Positions 57,747 to 64,000 of a stretch of 64,000 bases of DNA are shown in pieces. This DNA is from Vulcanimicrobiota bacterium. Lineage in GTDB: Bacteria; Vulcanimicrobiota; Xenobia; Xenobiales; JADMJV01. Within the stretch, counting starts at the first letter, position 1. The number at the start of each line of letters is the position of its first letter. The stretch lies in contig JBFWNU010000004.1 of assembly GCA_050250895.1 (NCBI GenBank), forward strand, positions 558,934-622,933, given 5' to 3'. The position numbers were made by a program, and so were the translations under genes. The notes under the pieces are model-generated. The model had not been told where the DNA came from. It ran no database searches and was given only the letters and a program-made list of their open reading frames with translations.

Positions 57747-58518
57747 AGCGGGAGGCTTCACCCAGATCGAGCTATTGGTGGCCGTCGGGCTCTTCGCCAT
57801 CATCATGACCGTGCTGGCCTTTGCCCTGGGCCAGACGGTGAAAGTGTGGAATCACTCCTGGGGCGACGACGAGTCGATCCGCGAGCTACGCCGAGGCCGC
57901 CAACGCCTGGATCAGGAACTGTCAGCCACCGGGTTCAGCTTCTTGAGTCGAGCCGACGGGCCCACCACCCTGGTCGGCAAGGATGGCGACGCCCTCTGGT
58001 TTTTGTCGGCCCACGACCCCGCCACCGGTGAGTTTCTGGTCAAGTCTGACGGAACCCCTGACTGGTCGTGCAACGTGCTCTACTATGCCGTCTGCCCCAC
58101 CAATCTCGCCAGCTTCGGTTTCACTGGTCCCGGTCTTGCCAGCGGAGGCTACGAGGTTGCTTGTCCTTACAAGGTGCTGGTACGCAAGGTGATTGACAGC
58201 CAGCCGGGCCCGGGCGAGACGCTGTTGACCGATGTCGCCCCCTATCTCGACGCACCGGCCGGCGTCGACACGAGCAGCCTGGGCGGGCCCGGTCTGGTGC
58301 GGGCCGAGATCGTTTGCTCACGACTGTTGAGCTTTCGCGTAGCGACGGACGACGTGGTGGGCGAGGTCTCGGTCGACCTGCGCGGGGTGGCTCTGCGACG
58401 AGCCTTGCGCGAAGTGGCCGTGGGCAGCCTTTCGCTCGAGAGCGGAGCCTACACCTCGCAGTTGCAGTTTTCGGTCTTTCCTGCCAATGGCGGCCCGCTG
58501 GCGACGCCTACCCCGTGA
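57736..58518 (+). CDS. Prepilin-type minor pilin (PilW-like)
   Basis: GG-FTQIELLVA. Confidence 0.8.
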   Translation: MKARAGGFTQIELLVAVGLFAIIMTVLAFALGQTVKVWNHSWGDDESIRELRRGRQRLDQELSATGFSFLSRADGPTTLVGKDGDALWFLSAHDPATGEFLVKSDGTPDWSCNVLYYAVCPTNLASFGFTGPGLASGGYEVACPYKVLVRKVIDSQPGPGETLLTDVAPYLDAPAGVDTSSLGGPGLVRAEIVCSRLLSFRVATDDVVGEVSVDLRGVALRRALREVAVGSLSLESGAYTSQLQFSVFPANGGPLATPTP

Positions 58519-59467
58519 CCAGGGCCCGGTAGAGCACGTAGCCGAGCGGAGCCACCACCGGCATGGCCAGAAGGGGATGAATACCCACCGCCGTGCGCGC
58601 CAGGTGGTAGTAGCCAAAACCGGCCGCGCCCAGCAGCACGGCGGTTTCGCCGTGAGTGCGAGCCACGTGGCCGAGGCCGCCATAGATGGCGGCGTCGAGG
58701 GCCGTGTCCAGGCGCGGCACCGTGGCCGTGGCGTAGGCCTGGCTGAAGGCCTCGAGGGTTTGGCCCAGGCGCTGGCGATAGAGGTCGAGGTCGCGCGATT
58801 TGCGACCGAACAGGCCGGTGGTGTGGAAGGCCGACTGCTCGAAGCGCGAGTAGGCGGTGGTTTCCATGGGTCGCACCAGCTGGTCGAAGGCCGATTTTCG
58901 GTCTTGCTCGGTCAGACCGGCGAGAAAAGGCTTGAGTTCGGCCAGGTTGGCCGGCTGGCGTCCGTAAGCCCGGCGGAAGTGGTCGGCGGCCACAGTGCCC
59001 AGGGCGGCCGCCCCGCCAAGCACGCATTGGAGGCCGTGGACCAGCTCGTGAAAGGCCGAAGGCCCGCCGCTCTCGCGAATCTCGAGGCGCCCGTCACCCG
59101 ACCAGTTGACGGTGGGGGTGCCTCGTTCGAAGTCGATGGCCAGACCAAACTCGCGAGCGACGCCTTCGAGCCCGCTCTTGAAACTGTCCAGGCCATCCAG
59201 ACCCTCGACCACACCGGCCAGCCGAGCGCTGAGATGGGCCATCACCATCGGGTTGGCCGGACGCCCACCGGGAATGGGCGAGCCGCCCGGGGTAGGGCGG
59301 TCGACGGTCAGGCGGCGGGCCATGGCCACGGGATGAATGCCAAAATCGCGCCACAGGCGCTCACCGCTGTCGGCCAGCCCCGAAGACGTAAAGACATCTA
59401 CCGGCTGGGCGGCAGGACGCGGCCGCGGCGGAGGGGCCAGAGTGAGCGGTCGACCTTGAATTCTCAC
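58508..59467 (-). CDS. Putative zincin (HExxH) protein with a Pro-rich N-terminus and C-terminal hydrophobic helices
   Basis: AFHELVHGLQ...E..AY. Confidence 0.6.
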   Translation of the reverse strand: MRIQGRPLTLAPPPRPRPAAQPVDVFTSSGLADSGERLWRDFGIHPVAMARRLTVDRPTPGGSPIPGGRPANPMVMAHLSARLAGVVEGLDGLDSFKSGLEGVAREFGLAIDFERGTPTVNWSGDGRLEIRESGGPSAFHELVHGLQCVLGGAAALGTVAADHFRRAYGRQPANLAELKPFLAGLTEQDRKSAFDQLVRPMETTAYSRFEQSAFHTTGLFGRKSRDLDLYRQRLGQTLEAFSQAYATATVPRLDTALDAAIYGGLGHVARTHGETAVLLGAAGFGYYHLARTAVGIHPLLAMPVVAPLGYVLYRALVTG

Positions 59468-59513
59468 TCTGGCAATCTAGCCCGGCCGGAGTGTTCGATA
59501 GTGACCGAAGTGT

Positions 59514-59556
59514 TAAAACCCAGATGATGCTGTCTTGCGACGCATCACCTGGGTTA
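59514..59556 (-). terminator. Intrinsic terminator after the esterase gene
   Basis: AACCCAGGTGATGC...GCATCATCTGGGTT stem, inner GTC-GCAA-GAC loop, then a short T-run. Confidence 0.65.
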
Positions 59557-59558
59557 AA

Positions 59559-60248
59559 TCAAAGATACTTATCGAACCAGTCGAGGGTGCGTTCCCACAG
59601 CACCCTCCAGTCTTGCTCGCGCATGAAGTGGTCGCTGTCAGGATAAACGTGATAGGCCAGGCGCTCAGGGTCCTGCTGGTAGCGAGGGCGTAGCTGGTCG
59701 ACCAGCTGGCGAGACTGGTCCGGCGGCACGTTGCGATCCTGGCCGGCGTTCTGGGCCAGCAGGGCCACCGGCCAGAAGCGGTCGAGCTGGCGATGGGGCG
59801 AGTCGTCGCCTCCCCATTGGGGCGAGCCGAGAATCGGCACGGCCGCTTTCAGGCTGGGTTCGAGCTGTAGGGCTCCATAGCAAATGTAGCCCCCCATGGA
59901 GATGCCGGTGATGCCGAAGTTGGTGGGCTTGTCGAGCAGAGCGCGAATCAAGCGCACCAGCCGGGGCACCTCCCCCACCGTGGCCCGCACCAGCTCGAGA
60001 AAGGCCTTCTTCGAATCCGGCCCGGCCATCTTCTCGCGCAGCTGCGGGTCGCGGCGCTCGCCGTGACCGAAGGCGTCTACCCCCACGGCCAGGTAGCCGC
60101 GCCGACCCAGCGTCTCGAGTTCTTTACGCTGGGTCTCTTTGTCGGCAAACAGGCCGTGATAAACCAGAACGACTCCGCGAAAGTCGGTGTCGCGGTCACT
60201 GATACACAGAGCCGGGGTCGCTCCGAAGTGCCGCCAGCGCTCATGCAC
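59559..60248 (-). CDS. Alpha/beta hydrolase (YjfP-like esterase)
   Basis: YHG, DA..HGER, GISMGG, D..VP and DH motifs. Confidence 0.85.
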   Translation of the reverse strand: MHERWRHFGATPALCISDRDTDFRGVVLVYHGLFADKETQRKELETLGRRGYLAVGVDAFGHGERRDPQLREKMAGPDSKKAFLELVRATVGEVPRLVRLIRALLDKPTNFGITGISMGGYICYGALQLEPSLKAAVPILGSPQWGGDDSPHRQLDRFWPVALLAQNAGQDRNVPPDQSRQLVDQLRPRYQQDPERLAYHVYPDSDHFMREQDWRVLWERTLDWFDKYL

Positions 60249-62539
60249 TACTGGGTTTCCAGGCCGGTCATGCCGTTGTAGAGCGGTCGGTTGGGGGGAA
60301 GCTCCTGGTGGTGGTGGCCCGAGCAGAAGAAAGTGTACATGTCAGGGTCCGTCGCCATCTGATAGCTTTGACTGTAAGTATCCTCACCCGCCGACGGACA
60401 GGTCGGGATCATGCGCAGATAGTTGGGGGTCAGGGTGTTGAGGTCTTGAGGGTAACGACCGGAATAGTCGGTGCTGTACATCTCGCAGGCCGTTCCAATG
60501 TTCTTGAGGTTCGACTTGCAAGCCGTGCTCTGACCCTGTCCGCGCGCCTTGATGAAGTTTGGCACCAAAATGGCGGCGCCGATACCGGCCACGCCGGCCA
60601 GCTTCATCAGCTCGGCCCCCTCTGAACGGGTGTAGATGCCGTCGGCCCGAACGGCCGCCACAGTCACGCCACGACCTTGTGGATGCTGCTTCACCAGGGT
60701 TGCCGCCGGGTGGTCGCCGATACTCTTCTCGAGCTTGTCGAAGAACGGCCCGAAGTTGATGAATTGTAGCGACAACAGGTCGTCGCCGGCCCACTTGAGT
60801 CCCGACTTTACCAGCTCGTCATCGGCCAGGCTCGACCCGCCCGAGACGGCTGTCTGAAACATCTCGTCACTCTTGTCACCAAATCCGACGATCAGGCAGG
60901 GCAGCGGCTTGTCGATCACCGTCACCAGGTCTTGCCCGGTGAACGAATAGACCTCGTGCTCGCCCACCTGGCGCGTGGGCGGCTTGCGGCCGGCCTGGCC
61001 CATGACCTTGTCAAGCAGGCCCTCGATCTTGGCTTTGTCCTTGCCTGGCACATAGACCATGGCAGTGAACCTCGACGCGGGCGCGGGAGTGCTCGAGCCC
61101 GCTTCGGCCATCAGGCCCTGGTCCGAAGTGTAGTAGGGGTCTTCGGAGGCGACTTCGGAGTGATGGTTGCCTTCGCAGGCAAACCGGTAGCTGTCAGGAG
61201 AGGTGCCCATTTGATACGTGCCCGTGTAGGTGTCTTTCTGGGCCGCGGGGCAGCTGGGAATGGTCTTGAGATAGTTGGGGGTGAGCAGGGCTAGCTCGGT
61301 CGGATAGCGACCTGACCAGTCGGTGCTATACATCTCGCAAGCCGTGGCGATGTTCTTGAGATTCGATTTACAGGCCGTGTACTGGCCCTGCGCCCTGGCC
61401 CCGCCAAAGCCGCCGGCGAAGCTGGCCCACATCGAGTCGAGAAAGTCTGAACTGTAGGCGAGTTCGCCGTCGAGGATCTCCCACAACCCCTTTTCGGGGT
61501 CAACGCCCAATACGCTCGAGACGCCAAAACTGGCCATTCCTACCTGACCGCGAACCTGGGTGTTCAAGCGAGCCACTTCGAGGAGCAGATGGTAGCCATA
61601 GTTGAGGCCGAACACGGCATAAGTCTGAGCGTCGGCCGAAACCAGCTGGGCCGAGCGGCCCTGGATGCCTGGCTTGGCCAATAGAGCTTTGGCCAGCGGA
61701 GCCTGGCTGGTCTCGTCGACCCGCAACAGCCCATAGGCAGTGCCGTCGGACCAATTGCCGGCATAGGCCGTATAGAGCAGCGCCTTGAGACCTTCGCTGC
61801 TCTGGCTATCGACCACTCCGGCCGCCTGGGGTAGCTCGCACAGCCCCACCAGGGTCTCGCTGAGGTTCAGGAACACGAAAGTATCGGGGTTGTCCTCGGA
61901 GAGCTTCTGACGGGCCTCTTGAAAGCGAGGTTTGCTGGTCACATTGGGGCCGCCCCGCATGGTCTTGATGCTGGCAGCGGCAGCGCGCTGGCTCGAGACC
62001 ATCAGCAACCATCCGTTCTCGATGGCGTAGCCGGCGTTGTCAGTCGTGAAACGAAAGTCCACACCCTCGACGGCCTGGGCCGGCGTCTCGCCTGCCTTCT
62101 TTTCGATCCAGGCCTTGACCAGCTCGGGCTCGCGCAGGCGCAGAGCCACGATAGCATCCACCTCGACCTGTTGTTGGGCGGGCAATAAGCCTTTGCCGCC
62201 ATTAGGTGCCAGCACGGCAAAGTAGCCCACCGGGTCGAACCAGCTGGCGAACTCTTCCGGCTTGGCCCCCAATTCTGCCTCGACCTGATCGGCCTTGTAG
62301 TCGGGCAACTGCTCGGCCATGGCTACCAGGTCGCGAGCCATGGTGACCAGGTCTACCTGACCCTCGAGCGAGGTGGCGGCCACCAGTTCGGCCTCGGCCG
62401 GCACCAGGGCCAATACCGGGTCGAGCCCACCAGCCGGTTTGCTAAACCACCGATAGGCAAAGAACCCACCCGCCAGCACAATGACTGCCAGCACCAAAAG
62501 GACTACAATAGTGTTTCCAAGACGTCCCCGATTTCGCAT
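60248..62539 (-). CDS. Membrane-anchored DUF3352-like protein carrying two internal pilin-like domains
   Basis: N-terminal TM; two copies of AR.QGQ.TACKSNLKNI.TACEMYSTD.SGRYP..L..LTPNYL..IP.CP. Confidence 0.75.
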   Translation of the reverse strand: MRNRGRLGNTIVVLLVLAVIVLAGGFFAYRWFSKPAGGLDPVLALVPAEAELVAATSLEGQVDLVTMARDLVAMAEQLPDYKADQVEAELGAKPEEFASWFDPVGYFAVLAPNGGKGLLPAQQQVEVDAIVALRLREPELVKAWIEKKAGETPAQAVEGVDFRFTTDNAGYAIENGWLLMVSSQRAAAASIKTMRGGPNVTSKPRFQEARQKLSEDNPDTFVFLNLSETLVGLCELPQAAGVVDSQSSEGLKALLYTAYAGNWSDGTAYGLLRVDETSQAPLAKALLAKPGIQGRSAQLVSADAQTYAVFGLNYGYHLLLEVARLNTQVRGQVGMASFGVSSVLGVDPEKGLWEILDGELAYSSDFLDSMWASFAGGFGGARAQGQYTACKSNLKNIATACEMYSTDWSGRYPTELALLTPNYLKTIPSCPAAQKDTYTGTYQMGTSPDSYRFACEGNHHSEVASEDPYYTSDQGLMAEAGSSTPAPASRFTAMVYVPGKDKAKIEGLLDKVMGQAGRKPPTRQVGEHEVYSFTGQDLVTVIDKPLPCLIVGFGDKSDEMFQTAVSGGSSLADDELVKSGLKWAGDDLLSLQFINFGPFFDKLEKSIGDHPAATLVKQHPQGRGVTVAAVRADGIYTRSEGAELMKLAGVAGIGAAILVPNFIKARGQGQSTACKSNLKNIGTACEMYSTDYSGRYPQDLNTLTPNYLRMIPTCPSAGEDTYSQSYQMATDPDMYTFFCSGHHHQELPPNRPLYNGMTGLETQ

Positions 62540-62589
62540 TGCGCAACTTTCTAGCCCGACGCGCGAGGACCTTCTAGCCAGACAGGCTT

Positions 62590-63999
62590 CTAGTGCCGCC
62601 CACGCCCGCGGCCTCGACCGTGGCCACGCCCCCCACCAACAGGATTGGGGATGCTGACGCGAACCTGGGGCAGGCGGACCTCGACCCGAGGGGCGGGGGG
62701 AATATAGCTCGGTTGTGGGGGAGGACGATAGGTCGGCTGCGGGGGCGGTGAGTAGGAGGAACGACCCCCGCTGTAGGACGGAGTCGAGCTATAACTGGGC
62801 GCGTAGTAGACCGGGGCCGGAGGCGGCGGGGGTGGCGGGATCTTGTCGAGGGCTAGCTCGAGGTTCTGGAGTTGCCCGGCCACCACCTCGACCGTCCCGG
62901 TCTTCTTCTTGTAGCCTTCTTTGACCAGACTGTACTCGTATTTCTGAGGAGCCAGTTCGCCCACCTTGAGAGGCGTTACCCCCCGCGGCTTGCCGGCCAG
63001 AAACAACTTGGCCCCGGCCGGCTTGGAGACCAGTTTGATGGTCCCGGTGGCCGGCTCGAGCTTGGCCGCAATCTTGTAGGTGCCGCCGGCCTCGAGGTTG
63101 ACGGTTTCGAAGTGCTCTTTGAAGCCCTTCTTGAAAAACTTGACTTTATACTCGCCCGGGGGCAGTTCCAGACTGGCGGGGGCGGGATGGCGGTCGGTGT
63201 CGTTGAGTTTGACCACCGCGCCGGCCGGCTCGCAACGGATTTCGAGCTTGCCGGAGCGAGGCTGCATGGCCCAGGCCCCCAGGGCCAAGAGGACCAGCAA
63301 GCTCACCAGCGCCAGTGGCCAGCGCGGAAGCTTCGCACCGTTCGTCGCCACCGCTACGGGCGGAGGCTGAGTGCGAGCAACCGTCTTGGCTCGGGTCTCG
63401 CCCGGTTGCTTGCGGGTTTGGGCCCCTAGCAGACCCGTCTCGCGAGCCTGCAGGCCCTGGGCCAATTGCTCGAAGCGCTCGGCCTCGGCCAGACTCAAGC
63501 CAGGATACTCTTTCTGGCTGCCCTGGCGATGGAGTTCGGCCAGGGCCAGATTGAGCCGCACCTGACCACTTCGGTCGGCCGAGGGTATCAGTGTTCGCGC
63601 CTCTTGCAGAGCGTCGAGCCCGCTCTTCCACATGCCGCGATCGACACAGATCTCGGCCAGGGCCACCAGAGCCATTCCCAACACCGCGGGGCGATCGGCT
63701 TTGCGGGCCAGCGCCACCGCCTGTTGGGCCGACATCAGCCCGCCCTGAGTATCACCCTCACGACGCCTGGCCGTGGCCAACTGCGCCAGCGACTCGGCCA
63801 TCAGCACCTGACTGCCCGAAGTCTCGGCCAGGGCCACCGCTTGCTCGAGGGTGGCCACCGCTTCGCCAGATTGCTCGTCTTCCAGGCGCAGCCTGCCCAG
63901 GCCCAGTCGAGAACGGGCCTGAATGTCACTACTGTCGGTGAGGTCGCCCACCTCGACGCTCTCGCGAAAGAAGTCGGCCGCCTCCCGGCGCAACCCCAA
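62590..63999 (-). CDS. TPR + TM + two PEGA-domain protein; 5' end lies outside the window
   Basis: TPR-like helices; G.L.I...P.GA.V / S.P.GA.....G...GVTPL / KEGY PEGA motifs; Pro-rich tail. Confidence 0.8.
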   Translation of the reverse strand: MGLRREAADFFRESVEVGDLTDSSDIQARSRLGLGRLRLEDEQSGEAVATLEQAVALAETSGSQVLMAESLAQLATARRREGDTQGGLMSAQQAVALARKADRPAVLGMALVALAEICVDRGMWKSGLDALQEARTLIPSADRSGQVRLNLALAELHRQGSQKEYPGLSLAEAERFEQLAQGLQARETGLLGAQTRKQPGETRAKTVARTQPPPVAVATNGAKLPRWPLALVSLLVLLALGAWAMQPRSGKLEIRCEPAGAVVKLNDTDRHPAPASLELPPGEYKVKFFKKGFKEHFETVNLEAGGTYKIAAKLEPATGTIKLVSKPAGAKLFLAGKPRGVTPLKVGELAPQKYEYSLVKEGYKKKTGTVEVVAGQLQNLELALDKIPPPPPPPAPVYYAPSYSSTPSYSGGRSSYSPPPQPTYRPPPQPSYIPPAPRVEVRLPQVRVSIPNPVGGGRGHGRGRGRGRH

Positions 64000-64000
64000 C

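Noticed and set aside
59480-59520. Direct-repeat promoter upstream of 59467
   Set aside because: Heptamers do not fall at the N4/N9 spacing; only the -10 is supported
60300-61410. Diversity-generating retroelement TR/VR pair in the duplicated pilin-like domains
   Set aside because: Both copies are in frame within one protein, differences do not look adenine-specific, and no reverse transcriptase is present

Overview
High-GC bacterial chromosomal window with no rRNA, tRNA or CRISPR array that I can see. Its gene families (many prepilin-like cassettes, REC-TPR-SARP regulators, 'TACKSNLKNI' pilin domains) suggest Eremiobacterota/Vulcanimicrobiota, but that is recalled knowledge, not a search result. 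Ordinary content: signalling genes (Ser/Thr kinase, two two-component systems, two REC/SARP hybrids), three minor-pilin cassettes and two PilC/GspF genes, an L,D-transpeptidase/CreBCD-like cluster, several hydrolases, a VapBC pair, and a decayed accessory region at about 35.1-41.1 kb (HNH gene plus HNH remnant, ISKra4-like remnant, frameshifted XRE, orphan antitoxin). The signals most worth following up: (1) a three-gene operon at 32055-34343 encoding a 10-aa-repeat Ser/Ala solenoid-like protein, a 52-aa ORF absent from the ORF track, and an 11-aa RTX/curlin-like repeat protein, all sharing a motif; (2) a fixed promoter architecture (two heptamers at 11-bp period, 9 nt, then TAnnnT) before several scattered genes; (3) many of those genes have low-complexity N-terminal extensions resembling type III/flagellar export signals, including a caleosin and an acyl-CoA synthetase; (4) widespread leaderless TAnnnT-N6-start promoters. 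All calls are by eye; no database searches were run.
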